DNA of 64,000 nucleotides, taken from Octopus sinensis (lineage: Eukaryota). Positions 12,365 through 25,553 of the stretch are shown here, one piece after another; position 1 is the stretch's first letter; each line of letters opens with the position of its first letter. Under the pieces are notes generated by a model, which made no database searches, was not told where the DNA came from, and was given only the letters and a program-made list of their open reading frames with translations. A program made the translations under genes and the position numbers. The stretch is from NCBI RefSeq assembly GCF_006345805.1, contig NC_043014.1, positions 26,040,001 through 26,104,000 of the forward strand. The letters are read 5' to 3'.

Positions 12365-14166
12365 TTTGTTTTCTTCTTTCTTATTTGTGTCTCTCCTTTC
12401 TAAACGACAACCATTTTGTAAAAGGCCACACGTTTAAGTTTAACAATAAAATATATGCCCAGGACGAGGGGGCAGCCGTCGGCGTTAGTATCGCCGGTGA
12501 TGTGGCCAACCTTTTCATGGTATGGTGGGACAGAAGGCTTAAAGAACGCCTGACACAGAACTCCATACTCGTAAACATGTACTCTCGCTATGTTGATGAT
12601 ATCAACATAGTGGTAAAGGCACCCCCACAAGAGAGTACTGTTGATATAGTAATAGAAACTAATATTATTGAGAGCATCCAGCAAATAGCTAACTCCATTC
12701 ACCAGAGTATTAAGGTCACCATAGACTACCAGTACTAGACACAGAACTCTGGCTAGAAATTGTGAATAATAAAACCCAAATCCTTCATTCGTACTATGCC
12801 AAACCTATGGCCTCCAAATACTTGATCCACCGGAACTCAGCTATCGCGGACAATGCCAAATTCAATATTTTGATGGCAGACCTCGTCAGGATAATGAGAA
12901 ATGTGTCACGCATGTGCGAGCCTACAGAGTTAAAGAGACACATACAATATTTCATTCCCCCCATGCAGTTCTCAGGTTACAGCCATAAAGAAAGGATCAG
13001 AGTATACAATGGAGCCATGAAGAAATTTGATAATATATTATGTAATGATAGGAATGGGATTTGCCCACTCTATAGGAGCAAGTCATGGAACACTATAGAA
13101 AGGACAAAAAAAGAAAATAGGGAAGGCCAACTCTTGGTATGATAGCCATAAATACCAGAGTGTCATGTTCGTTGACACCACCCCTGGAGGTGAACTGGCG
13201 GACCGCTTTAGGAGGACCCTAGACAAACTTAAGCTAAGGATTAAGGTTGTTGAAAAGCCAGGCAACCCTATCAAATCTATAATCGGTAGAACCTATCCTT
13301 TTAGTAGAACCCCATGTACGGATAAGTACTGTACTGTATGTAGATTTAGCCCACAAACAAACTGTAAAGCCAGAAATGTAGTCTATAGTATAAGATGTAT
13401 AGAGGGACGATGCAGTAACAAGACAACGACATATGTAGGGGAAACGCAAGAAGCATAGGAGAGTGGGTAAATGGACATTGGAGAGAACTCAAGGAAGGTA
13501 AAAGCTCATCGATTCCGTACCAACACGCCGAACAGAAACACGGGGGATCAATCAACAACATAGAAATTAAAATATTATCCACACATTGAACAGATGCAAC
13601 AATCAGACAAATTACAGAAGCTACACACATAATAGAAGATAAACCTAGCCTGAATAGGAAACTGGAATGGAACACTAACACACACCACAATATATGACGA
13701 TAGAGGATCCCAATAAACTGGTTACAATATAAACAAAACCAAAAACATAATAAATAAAATACACAGATAAATAAATAAATAAAATAAATAAATAAACAAA
13801 TAGAAATAAATAACTATGTAAGTTTTTTTGTTTAATTTAAAAGATTTTTTTTGATTTATTATTATTATTGTTACTAGTATTGTTGTTATACATACATACA
13901 TACATACAAGCATACGTAGTGATAATAATAAGTGGATGTAAACACATGAACAAAATAAGAATAAGCAAAAACAACAACAACAAAAACAAATTACATGAAC
14001 GTATATAAACATAAGATACAAATATTACAGGCATCCCCCCCACACACACTAAATAAACATAGACGCACATAGAGATATAAACATGCGCAAATGAAGACAT
14101 ACAATAGAAATACAAAATGGCTGACGGTTAGTAAGGAGAGACACAAATAAGAAAGAAGAAAACAAA

Positions 14167-14211
14167 GGACCACTGATGCGGTCACAGGAGTGTGACGAAA
14201 GAACTCTGGCC
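14167..14211 (+). ncRNA. Minimal type-I hammerhead-like motif (variant core CUGAUGC), 3' pLTR copy
   Basis: GGACCA CTGATGCG GTCACA GGAG TGTGAC GAAA GAAC TC TGGCC. Stem II is GTCACA/TGTGAC, stem I is CCA/TGG, and the cleavage triplet is CUC. Confidence 0.6.
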
Positions 14212-14325
14212 GAAATTAGATTAAGATTAACGTAAAAAATAAATAACACTGAAGCAAAATAACACCTAATATATAGTGCGTGTGTTTTTATTGGCTAAAC
14301 TGGCAAAATGACCATTCCGAAATAT

Positions 14326-14328
14326 AAC

Positions 14329-14394
<66 letters not shown>

Positions 14395-14449
14395 AACAAC
14401 AACAACAACAACAATAATAATAATAATAATAATAATAATGATGATGATG

Positions 14450-14501
<52 letters not shown>

Positions 14502-14548
14502 CAACAACAACAACAACAATAATAATAATAATAATAATAATGATGATG

Positions 14549-14606
<58 letters not shown>

Positions 14607-14610
14607 TGAT
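14326..14610. repeat. Compound (AAT)n/(AAC)n/(GAT)n microsatellite
   Basis: Directly visible. Confidence 0.98.
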
Positions 14611-14617
14611 AATAAAA

Positions 14618-15608
14618 ATCACTTCACTAACACACTGGCACCACCAGTAATCCAATACAGTTTTAACATCATTAACGAGAATCTTACAGACCTATCGGAC
14701 AACCCCAAGCGCACTGATCAACTACTTATCTAGGACAGACGATTGGATGCTGTCACTAGTGTTCAAACACCAAAGCAGCAAAAAATCACATTCTATTGTC
14801 AAGGAATCTTGCAAATTCGCAAAGGAACACCTCATTAACCCTAACTTAGATAAAGAACTTGAAATCACTTGCAAAACGGATCAAACAGACCTCAAAAAAG
14901 AAAGTACAGAATCAAATTGAGGTGCTGTGGAACCAGAAGCCTTTGCACGAACAGTATATACTTCGAAGCCGACATACTCATGCAGACGAAGCAACAAAAG
15001 ATTAAAGCTTGCTTACCAAAAACTACCTGGTTAACGTTCTTCAAAACGTTTCTGATACTACATGCAGACTCTGTGACATATTTGACAAAACAATAGACTA
15101 GCTCATCTCGGGATGTCTTGTGCTGACACCAAACAAATACAAAAATCACCACGAAAGGGTAGGACAGTATTTACACTTGTAAATATGTAAACTACAAAAT
15201 CAGCACTACTGCTTACTAACATGAACATCATTCTTAGCCAGCCGTTGAAGGTCGAAATGTCACTGTCCTCTCAGATGTTTCAGTCAACACCAACAGAACA
15301 ATCCAGGCTAATCGACCAGACATAGTCATTAAAGACATGAGGAAAATACTTGTAGACTAATAGATGTAAGTGTTCCCCCTGGTGAAAATATATCTGTCAA
15401 GGAATATGACAAACTAAGTAAATATAAGGACCTGCATATTGATATACAAAAGATGTGGCATCATAAAACAAGAACTGTTCTCGTTATTTTATGTGCCCCA
15501 GGTTTGATAAAAAAAGGGATGCCAGAAACTTCTAGATGAGATCCCAGGAGAACCATGTCTCAGATAAACCCCAAAGATTGTACTGACAAGTACTGCCCAC
15601 AGCCTTAG
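14618..15608 (+). mobile_element. R4/Dong-like non-LTR retrotransposon, 3' fragment with CCHC and restriction-like endonuclease
   Basis: CRLCDIFDKTID.LISGC, HHERVGQYLH, ANRPDIVIKD, LIDVSVP, KEYDKLSKYKDL, VLTSTAH. Confidence 0.85.
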
Positions 15609-16061
15609 TGGCGTCTAGGGTTAGGGTTATCTTGGTTCCGGTTACCTAGTAGATCGTTTTTTGTTTGACAGTTTGTTCCAGTAGCAGACTTTTCGCCACC
15701 AGTCAATGTCCTCACTGGTTTATGCGTTCCTTGATGTCCCGGGTGATGACAGATCCGGCATGAATTTTGGATCGTCATTAAAGCATTGACAGGAGACGGG
15801 TTTGTTTGTTCAGGGTGTACTTTTTGACATTTTTATCATATCGTAGCTGTATAAGGGTAATAGATCAAAATTCACCTCTATTTTTTGAGAGCTATGTTTC
15901 CAGGTATAACTCTTTAGTATTGTTTTAAACTGACTAATTTGCTCCTTTTTATATTCGTTTGAGGGAAGTCGCTTTGTTTTTGTTTGGCTTTGCAGTCATC
16001 TCGTGCCACGTGTATTTTTTTCTATTTGTGTGGTACGTATGTGTCGTGTAGGAATTATTTT

Positions 16062-16365
16062 TGTTGCCCTAGGTATGATAAAAACGAATATCAGAAACAT
16101 CTAGATAATATTCCAGGATAAGCATGTCTCAGAGAAATCCAAAGTTTGTGCTGACAAGTACTGCCCACATCCTTAGAAAAATCCTATCAATTTAAATGTG
16201 TGTTGTGTTACATGAAGATATTTCGCTACTGCCCCTCCCACATGCCCTCCTCAAACTTTCAAATACTGTAACATCTCTTATCCTTCACTCACCCTAAGTT
16301 TCTGGGTGTGTCGCGGCAAGTGATTGTAACAAATATACAGATTAAATGTAAATGACAACAACAAC
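16062..16365 (+). mobile_element. Second R4/Dong-like 3' end with UTR and (CAA)n/(TAA)n tail
   Basis: 16066-16180 is homologous to 15492-15608, runs on to the stop codon, and ends in trinucleotide repeats. Confidence 0.7.
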
Positions 16366-16391
16366 AACAACAACAACAACATTAATAATAA

Positions 16392-16599
16392 TATTTTCTA
16401 CTACAGGCATAAAGCCTGAAATTTGGGGGGAGGGGCTACACGGTTACATCGCGCCAGTGCGTAACTGGTATATGTTTTATCGATCCCGAAATGATGAAAG
16501 GCCAAGTCTACCTCGCGGAATTTGAACTAAGAGCGTAACTAAGGACGAAATACCACGAAGCATTTTGCCCGGCGTGCTAACGATTCTGCCAGCTCGCCG
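16392..16599 (-). mobile_element. SINE, family B
   Basis: Reverse complement of GGCGAGCTGGCAGAATCGTTAGCACGCCGGGC...GTTCAAATTCCGC...CCTTTCATC...GGGATCGATAAA. Confidence 0.8.
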
Positions 16600-16739
16600 A
16601 TGATGACGATGAGAACGATGACGTCGACGAGGACGATGATGATGATGACAGTGATGATACATTTTATTTGTTACAGGGACGTCAGATGAGGAGCAGATTT
16701 CAAAGTGTGTGTAGGGATTTACACAAAACTCGAATAGGA

Positions 16740-17140
16740 TAAAAACTGAATGAAGTAAAATGTACACATACAAAAGAGAAATTGTGATTCGGTCCAGGAG
16801 AGCCTTTCTGTAGGATTGATGAAAGAACCCATACAAATCCAGCTTCATCCTGGCACACCAAAGCCAAGACCCCACTTCCTTTCCTGATTCTTCGACTTAC
16901 AAACGCTTGCTAAGAGTAGACCCAGTGAATTCTGCTATTTCAGCAATTCATTCTCCTTTCAGCTGATTTACATCCAAATCAACTTCTACCTTCATCTTCC
17001 TTTCCAAATGGGACTTAAAAATGTCAATGAGGGCTTTATGGAAGAGGTGCCAATCTTCACGCATTTTAACCTCATCATACAATCTCTCTTGCTACAGCCA
17101 ACAGACCAAAGAAAATCCCTACCCTTTCTGGTTAAAGTAG
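16740..17140 (-). mobile_element. 3' end of a Tx1/L1-like LINE ORF2
   Basis: ALIDIFKSHLERKMKVE...GSTLSKRL* (stop at 16897-16899) aligns by eye with FVSFLKFHLKGKARVK...AMSMYL* ending at 59875. Confidence 0.7.
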
Positions 17141-17228
17141 AAAGGCGTGAGCACATGCGCGTGTGTATCTGACACACCCCACTCACACACACACGCACAT
17201 ATATACACACTCACACACGTATATACGT

Positions 17229-17259
<31 letters not shown>

Positions 17260-17596
17260 CATGGGCCCGGGAACAGGGGGGTGAATGGGTGCACGTGCAC
17301 ACCCTAGAATTTTTGTGGGGTGCAAAATCAAAATTTGCACCCCTACTTACTTTTCTCAGGTTTAGAAAACAGTAAATAAAAAGTGATCTGTGAAAAGTAA
17401 CTCGAAGTTAGATTTCTTCTCAAAGAACAAAGAACAAAAATAAATAAAAAAACTCCCTAAACAAATTTCGTTCCCAAACCAGTGTATATATATCGTAAGA
17501 TAATGTTATATTCGTTTAGGAATTTTTAGCTTTGCTTAGATATTTTTGTTCGAGCCTCATGAAGCAAAACTACGATCCATGACATTCCGTCTAGGA

Positions 17597-17700
17597 CAGT
17601 GGTTCCCAACCCTTTCACTATAATGTACCCCTTTTATTTAAATGAGTTTTGCCATATTCTTATAGGGATATTTTTATCCTTATGTGTGTTTATATATATA
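17597..17700 (+). mobile_element. Left end of a Charlie/Buster-type hAT remnant
   Basis: CAGTGGTTCCCAACC preceded by GTCTAGGA, close to the NTCTAGAN target consensus. No right TIR was found, and the end coordinate is arbitrary. Confidence 0.4.
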
Positions 17701-17774
17701 TATATATATATAATAATCAATATAAGGGTAGCAAAAAAAAACGGCCTGTCAGGGTCATTCCTTAATATTATTGT

Positions 17775-17914
<140 letters not shown>

Positions 17915-17929
17915 ATATTATCAAATATG

Positions 17930-18145
17930 TAAGGCAGCGAGCTGGCAGAATCGTTTGGATGCTGGGAAATTATTCAATGGCATATTGTCCGTCTGAGTTC
18001 CTATTCCGCCGAAGTTGACTTTACCTTTCATCCCCTCGGGGTTGACAAAATAAGTACCAGTTAAACACTGGAGTTGATGTAAGCGATATATCCCTACCAT
18101 CAAATTGTTGGCCTTGTGCCAAAATTCGAAATCAATATCATCCAA
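17930..18145 (+). mobile_element. SINE, family B, diverged
   Basis: GGCAGCGAGCTGGCAGAATCG...CCTTTCATCCCCTCGGGGTTGACAAAATAAGTACCAG. Confidence 0.75.
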
Positions 18146-18769
18146 CATATCTTTTTGTTCTCATAGTCTGAGGATGATTTGGGTACAACTTCTTGGCGAT
18201 TGAGAGCGACCATGTAGAGACAGCTATGTTGCAAAGTAATGCTACTAATAACTAAAAACTAAATATTTTGAATTATTACTTTGAAATATCAAAGTAATAA
18301 TTCAAAATATTTACGCGGCGGTCTGTGTGTGTGTGTATGTGTGTGTGCGCGCGCGCGCGAACGTGCGCATGTATTTTTGTGTGCGTGCACATGCGTGCGT
18401 GTATGTGTGTTTGTTCTTGTTCCATTTTTTTCATCTGGAGTAAGTTGGATTTGCATTCTTAGTAATTAATTGTAATTAGCGAGGGCAGCAATAACAGTAC
18501 ATGACTTCATTATTTTAATTATTCTAATTAGAAAACACGCATTTTGTGTATTACGGTATTGTTGCATATAACTTTCCAATGAGTCAATGTTTGCTTCATT
18601 ACTGAGTCTGAAAATACACTTGGTCAGGGTAACTAGTTTAAACAAATATATCAAACGTTTTTCATTGTGCATGCGCTAGAATTTTAGTACTTTTAAGCAC
18701 TTCAGGTCTTTGAACATTCCCGACCGCAGCTGAGTGTCCTAGTTTCGTGATCATTATATACAAGTCTTC

Positions 18770-18807
<38 letters not shown>

Positions 18808-18859
18808 CATACATACATACATTCATACATACATACATACACACATACATATACACATA

Positions 18860-19075
18860 TGTGTTTCAGTCATTCGATTGCGGCCATGCTGGATCACCGC
18901 CTTTAGCCGAACAAGTCGACCCCCAGGACTTATTCTTTGTAAGCCCAGCACTTATTTTCTCGGTCTCCTTTGCCGGACCGCTAGATGCGAGTACGTAAAC
19001 ACACCAACATCGGTTGTCAAGCGATGGTGGGGGGACAAACGCAGAGGCACAAACGTATATATATACATATATATT
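18860..19075 (-). mobile_element. SINE, family A, 3' part
   Basis: Homologous to 31222-31442 (GCGGCCATGCTGG...ACTTATTCTTTGTAAGC...GGTTGTCAAGCGATGGTGG). Confidence 0.75.
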
Positions 19076-19139
19076 TACTTTATTACGTACAAGTATTGTG
19101 CAGCTTTCCATTATTCTGTCCTATTGACCTGTGCTCCTT

Positions 19140-20830
19140 TATCATCCAGTATTTAAGTCTGCCAATATACACATATCTTGATCTGCATTGATCTACCTGT
19201 CTCACTCCAGTGACAATTTCGAACATATAGATAGTTCCACTGCTCGTTTTCGCGCAACAATGTGAGTTTCTACACAGAGAATTAAAGATGTTGATACATT
19301 TGTTCAGGATCTCATTGAATCTTAAGATATTTCAGAGTCGATTAAATTAATAAGCAGCTGCACTCTATGTTCTATGTTTTGCTCGGCTGTATTGCGCCAC
19401 ACGATGATCTGTTCCACGCAGAATCTGTCACTCCGAAAATTTGCCTGTTCTCTTAACACAGTATCAATCTCCTTTAACCTATTCAGCAGTTACTGAAAGG
19501 AACTTTGCAACGTACGGATAACAATGTAACGCCATGGCAGTTATTACAGTCCACCTGGTTACCTTTTAATGTGCAGTGGAACAACCATTTCCTCCCTCCA
19601 GTTATGTGGTAGATCTTGCTATACTTCAACAAATCGGCAAGTATCTTATCCATTCCAACTGTTTTTTTGTTTCTCAAACTGCATACTACCTAGTTCACTT
19701 CTGCTGTTGTATCAACTACGTTGATGTTCAGTTTATTCATGATTGGTTCGTTGCTCGTTTTAAAGGTAACTGCTCTAATCGGTTGGCCGAGAAATTCAGG
19801 AAAATGTTCTTTCGAGTGCGTTGCTTGCTCCTTCTTCGTTGTAAGTATTTTGCCATCGTTAGCCTTGACTGGTTCACTGAAGATACTCTTCGCACTTGAT
19901 AACTCGCACACGATCTTATACAGAGTTCGCGAGTCGCTTCCCTCTGTAGCTTCTTCAGCTTCCATACATTTTTCTAGCTATTGACGCTTGTTTCGTCTGC
20001 ACATTTTGTTCACTTTTCAAGTAGTCTTCATCGGAGAGTTTACAATGATTGGTTACATATGCTTGATGCTTTAGCACTTTTTGAATCTTACCTGCTACCT
20101 TTCATCGATACAAGTCTACGTCTCTTCTGTTATCCACTTCCCTTTGTTAGAACCTCTTCTGCCTACGGTGATACTTGCACTCTTTGTTACAGCCTATTGA
20201 AACAACTTCCGCTGCTCTTCAATGTCATTAATATGATACAGTGTTTGAAATCTGTTATTCGTTCTGTAACTTCGAACATTTAGCAGCAAATTAGGAAAAT
20301 TTTCCTCTGTCTGGTTCGAAACTGTGCTGTTATAATCTGCTCATTTATTGGTTTCCAGCCAACCAAATTTTTGCAGTCGCCTCCTTATTCAAGATAATGT
20401 CAACTCCATACACATGCTGACCTTCCATGCCAGAATATAGAAACATAAATCCCTCTAATATCATGTGACATTGACCTATGCCATGCATCTCACAAATGCC
20501 AAGGATGTTCAGATGGTAATTCTGCATTCCTCGAATCACTTGACCCAGTTTTCTGCGTTGGTATAATGCTTACGTTGATATAACGACTTTCCATGTCGAG
20601 ACTCTAGTGATGGTTCTAACGTTGTAGATCTGGTTATTTATGATCCGGGCTTCCTTTCGGTTTTGATTCGCATATGTCATCCGTCCACCGTGAGATAACA
20701 TACTTATACATCTATGTCCATCAGGAATACTAATTTCATACTAGTTTCTGTACCAGATGAATATTTTTACAGGGTGGTGTTCCTAGCTTCACGCACAACT
20801 CTCCTCCGTTTTCACTCAGGCTTGGTATAA
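19140..20830 (-). mobile_element. Degenerate RTE-type LINE (APE and start of RT)
   Basis: MQNYHLNILGICE...LYSG...HVYGVDIILNK (APE), DSRTLYKIV...VKANDGKILT, and NCHGVTLLSV (RT start). Confidence 0.8.
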
Positions 20831-21294
20831 GCTTTGACAGAGTGCAAAGGTACTTACTGACGAGTATTTATAGGCATCAGGGTCCTTTCTTTCCGCCTCT
20901 ACGTGAGTCCAATGTACATTTGTTGTATAACTTATTGATACAAGCTACATTTGTTACTTCTAGGCTTCATTCTTTACTTATAAAATTGTGCTTCTTATTT
21001 CTGTAATTCTACATTTTCTTTTCCTTTCTTCTTTCTCTTTCTTTTTCCTCTCTTCTCCTTCATGAGTCATTATAGGAGGCTTTGAATGTTGCGCATATTG
21101 CTTAGCATATATCTACAAAGTATTTTTGTATATATTTTTGTGGTACAATTCTATAGAAATTTGATAGGTTTAATTTTAACTGAGTGGTGTAAAAGACAAA
21201 TAAGGAGTCAAATATTGATTTAGACATGATATTAAAGCACAAATACTCTAAAAACTGGTACTTATTCTGTCTGCCTCTTTTGTCGAACCGTTTC

Positions 21295-21485
21295 ATTGCG
21301 GGGATGTAAACCTAACAACATCGGTTGTGAAGTGGTGTTCACACACACACACACACACACACGACGGGCTTCCTTCAGTTTCTGTATCTCAAATCCACTC
21401 ACAAGGCTTTGGTCGCCCCGAAGGTGTCACTCAGTGGAATTGAACACTGTTGTGGAAGCCAGCTTCTTACCACAGAACCACACCT
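21295..21485 (-). mobile_element. SINE, family A, partly deleted
   Basis: ACGACGGGCTTCCTTCAGTTTC...CACAAGGCTTTGGTCG...CTTCTTACCACAG. Confidence 0.65.
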
Positions 21486-21974
21486 GAACTTATGTGTGTA
21501 TATACATATATATACATACATATACACCTACATGTAATGATGACGATGATGATGAGGATTATGATGACGACGATGATGATGATGACGATGATGGTACCTG
21601 TTCACTCCTGATCGAGTAAGTCTATCGCTGACTATTATTAAGTAGCAATACCTATGCATGATGTCAGCGATGCCCGGGCAAAGTTTTAGGTCAAATAAAG
21701 TTTACGAGGTCTCATTAACTTTCTCCACCTTACTGAAAGGATCTAGAGACTAGGACTAGGTGAGGCAAGATACCTTGTGCAAATATAGTTTGCAGCCTCA
21801 GGAATATCGAATCGCCATGATCTCAAGCGGAAGCAGATGATTCTTGGAGACATGCATTAAAAATAGCTGCGGCATGCCTCCCTCTCAGTGAACTTCCAGT
21901 ATGCCTGGCACCAATTCTGAATACCTGAGTGCCCATGCTAGATAGTCTTTGAACCTGCACTGGGTTCATCTGTC

Positions 21975-22175
21975 CATTCGACAGACTTTTATTTCAGTTC
22001 TACTGGGTTTCTGGTAACCCTCTTCGCCAGGATAGGCTGGCGCGGGGACTGATTTAGTCGCCGACAACCGGATCGTACAACAGGTTGTACTGGATCGGAC
22101 CGTGATACAGATTGTACCAGTAACACAGCAGCACTCATGAGTGACCTCACAACATACCACAAAATTCCAGTTAAA
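21975..22175 (-). mobile_element. Isolated LINE 5'UTR-like fragment related to 44738-44860
   Basis: Shares GGTCACT, TACTGG...CCAGTACAACCTG and GTCGGCGACTAAA blocks with the start of the RTE at 44738. Confidence 0.55.
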
Positions 22176-22257
22176 ACCAGATCCTCTCCATCACACACGC
22201 TCACGTGCTAACGTACAAACGAACACATATATGTTCTCATACGCACTAATGTATATA

Positions 22258-23500
22258 CAGGGATTGGACAAAATAATGGAAACACATTGAAATTTATTTT
22301 AATAATTTATTTTAATAAGGGGTAGGACCGCCTTTGGCAGTAATTACAGCTTGAATTCTACGAGGTAGGGACTCGTACAAAGTTTGAAGTGTTTCCAAAG
22401 GAACTTTTGTCTATTCTTCAGTTAAAACAGTCTCCAGTTCTTGTAGTGATGATGGTGGAGGATATCGACTCCTTACTTGTTTTTCTAAGATGTACCATAA
22501 ATGTTCAATAATATTGAGATCTGGGGACTGTGGCCAGATAAGAATTTCAACTTCCCTAGAATGTTTCTCGTGCCATTCAGTAACAACAATAACTGTGTGA
22601 GTTGGTGCATTATCATCCTGAAAGATTCCGCAACCATAGGATGAATTTGATCAGACAAAATGCTTAAATAGTCTTGGCTATTAATTCTGCCTTGAAGGGA
22701 AATCATTAGGCCGGCGGATTTCCAAGATATAGTCCCCAGATCATCACTCATCCTCCTGCATGTTTGACAGTTGGAAGAAGGCAGTTTGGGTCAAATGCTT
22801 CTTTTGGCTGTCTCCACACGTATACTCGGCCGGTGGTCGGAAATAAGGTAAAGAATGACTCGTCCGAGAAAATAACATTCTTCCACTGCTCTAGGAACCA
22901 ATTCTGTAGGTTTTTTCTCCACTCTAAACGCTTTGCAACGTTTGTTTTTTAAAGTAGTTCTTTTCTGATTGCAGCCATCCCGTGAAATCCGGCTTTGTGC
23001 AACTCCCGGTGAACAGTTTTTGTGGAAACTGGGTTCTCCAGGTGGTCATTAAGCTCTGCAGTAATTTTGGGAGCTTTATTTTTGTGATACTTTCTAACAA
23101 TTCGCGTAAGTGTCTGACGGTCCCTATCTGAAAGTTTTGGTTTTCTTCCGGAGTTTTGTTTCGACGAAGAGGTTTTTCTCTCTTTCTCAAAGGCTGTCAT
23201 TACTTTCGAGACAGTACTTCTTGATGCACCAAACATTTCGGCTGATTTCGTTACGCTAGCACCTGCCATACGAGCACAATTTGACCGCTTTGAAAGTCCG
23301 ATAGATCTGTCAATTTAATGAATTTTAATTAATTTTTTCTGATGATATCTGAAAAGAAAGATCAATTTTAGCAAAACATATTAAGCAACGCTAATAATAA
23401 ATCAAAATCATAAAAATAGACAAACTTTTGACGGTTTTATAGATATTTCAAAATGATGATGCTACGAGGCTAGTGTTTCCATTATTTTGTCCAACTCCTG
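22258..23500 (-). mobile_element. Tc1-family DNA transposon, degenerate
   Basis: 28-bp TIRs (22258-22285 and 23473-23500, 2 mismatches), TA on both flanks. HTH region GASRSTVSKV...GRKPKLSDRD and DDE remnants (SDES, LLPTVKH). Confidence 0.95.
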
Positions 23501-23789
23501 TAACTGCACATACTCACGCCTGTGTATACTCAGATACATACACATGCACATAAAAATCTAAATGCATATAAAAGTGATCTAAGGTAAAAAAACTTACTTC
23601 TTGAGAATGTACATTCAGTTTACCCATTTCGAATTACGGTTGAGAAAGAATTCGTCACTCTAGCATGCGGATTGAAATAGCTTCCTCTCTTAGCATTGTA
23701 ACATAGTGGTGTGTAGTAGTTATGATATTCACACGGAATTTACTCACGTAACCATTGCATTTATTTATCTTTTCTTTTGCCATTTATCT

Positions 23790-23950
23790 TTTGCTTGTTT
23801 CAGGCATTAGACTACCTTGAAAACTTTTAGTCTATTCTCCCGATCTCTTTAGCCGAACCGCTAAGTTACGGGGACATAAATATACCAGCACAGGCTGTCA
23901 AGCTTTTGGGATGGTAGTGCAAACAAGCGCGTGCACGAGCGTGCACACAC

Positions 23951-24026
<76 letters not shown>

Positions 24027-24197
24027 ACACACATGTGTATATATAACAGGATTTCAGTTTCTTTCTACCAAATCTATTTACAAGAGTTTGGTCGGTCTGA
24101 GGCTATAGTAGAAGACACTTGCCCAAGGTGCCACACAGTGGGACTGAAACCGGAACCATGTGGTTGGTAAGCAAGCCACTTACCACACAGCCATTCC
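23790..24197 (-). mobile_element. SINE, family A, with internal (CA)n
   Basis: AGAAGACACTTGCCCAAGGTGCC...GGAACCATGTGGTTGG...TACCACACAGCC. Confidence 0.75.
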
Positions 24198-25073
24198 TGT
24201 GTTTAATTACTAAGGTTTCCTAAAGCTTTATACTCGTAGATAGTTATTTCATTACGTTAAAGATGTTGCTGTATGTCTTCCATTTCGTTCCATTGTTTAC
24301 TCTGCTAGACGCGTAAATTTCTGACACATACTGTGAGAAGCATCTAAATATTATCCCTTAGTTCATAAACCTATGGTAATAATTCCTGATTTAATTGATT
24401 ACTTGAAATCTAAAATTATTCTCCCTTGATTTAATGCTTTAATTTTAATTAATTACTCGATAATTATCAGTTCCAACGTTCATAGAATTATTCATTCGTT
24501 TATACTTTTAATCATAGATTTTCTAAATTTCTATCTACTCTTAATTACTCATGAAGTTATTCATGCATTTACTCACCAAACTTGGACGACTGCTGCCAGA
24601 GAAATATTTTCTCTCTTTTCTGTGCTTCAACATATTAATTATCTATCTATAATTTCTGACCTCATTTCATGGCGAAGTCATTGTATCCAATGTTGCCAGA
24701 TATTTTTTCTTTCCTGTCTCTCTACTAAGGCATTAACAACATTCCATCCATCGTTAACATAACCACACCTTATACTGCTACATTTGACCCCAAACACCCT
24801 CTCGATCTCATACTAACATAGATAAACACGCCCACAAAATTTTCAAAAACTCAGTTTGTGAGGGAAACATGACGAGCCTTCTAAAACACACGTATACAAC
24901 CACAAACACTCCCCTCCACATATATATGCATATATGGATGTATGTGTGTGTGTGTATGTGTGTGTGTGTGGTGTACTTCATGTAGTGTTTCGTGATAGAT
25001 CAACAAAAAAAAAGAACTCCATCCTGTAAGAGATAAATATTATTTATTTAAAGGCCACAGTACATGTTTTTAA

Positions 25074-25126
25074 GTGGTACTAAGTTTCATTGGTTGAGAA
25101 ATACCTCAAAAATATTCGCCAGGCAC
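25074..25126 (-). ncRNA. Degenerate hammerhead-like motif
   Basis: Reverse strand reads GTGC CTGGCGA ...TTGAG..CTCAA.. GAAA CTTA GTA CCAC, with two core substitutions. Confidence 0.3.
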
Positions 25127-25136
25127 AAACCACACA

Positions 25137-25200
<64 letters not shown>

Positions 25201-25503
25201 GTACTTGGGAAGAAGAACGGAACGAAACGAACGAATCGAATCGAATCGACGCGAGGGCGCTTTGTCATACAATAGTGTAATAAATAAAATATATGCATAC
25301 ATACATATATGTACGTACCTACATCTACATGTATATATACATGCACATATAAATATATATACGTGAGTACAGGACACCACAAATAGACGTAGAACTCAAA
25401 GAGAAACGAAAACGGAAAAATAAGCATAGAACATACCACTTTTTTACAACAGAATGAAACAAACAAAGATAGAAAATTAAGAATGTGTAGTGGCTAGCGA
25501 TCT

Positions 25504-25553
<50 letters not shown>

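Larger units (their letters stand above)
12150..14330 (+). mobile_element. Penelope-like element, 5'-truncated, with an inverted pseudo-LTR at its 5' end
   Basis: RT motifs (QDEGAAVGVSIAGDVANLFM, YSRYVDDI) from 12430. GIY-YIG endonuclease (NVVYSIRC...TYVGET, HAEQKH, IRQITEA...LN) to about 13680. About 12200-12420 is the reverse complement of about 14110-14330. (AAT)n on both sides. Confidence 0.9.

Noticed and set aside
15616-15629. TAGGGTTAGGGTTA telomere-like sequence
   Set aside because: Only about two units, which is expected by chance.
17260-17582. Possible MITE bounded by CATGG/CCATG
   Set aside because: Only a 5-bp terminal match and no target-site duplication.
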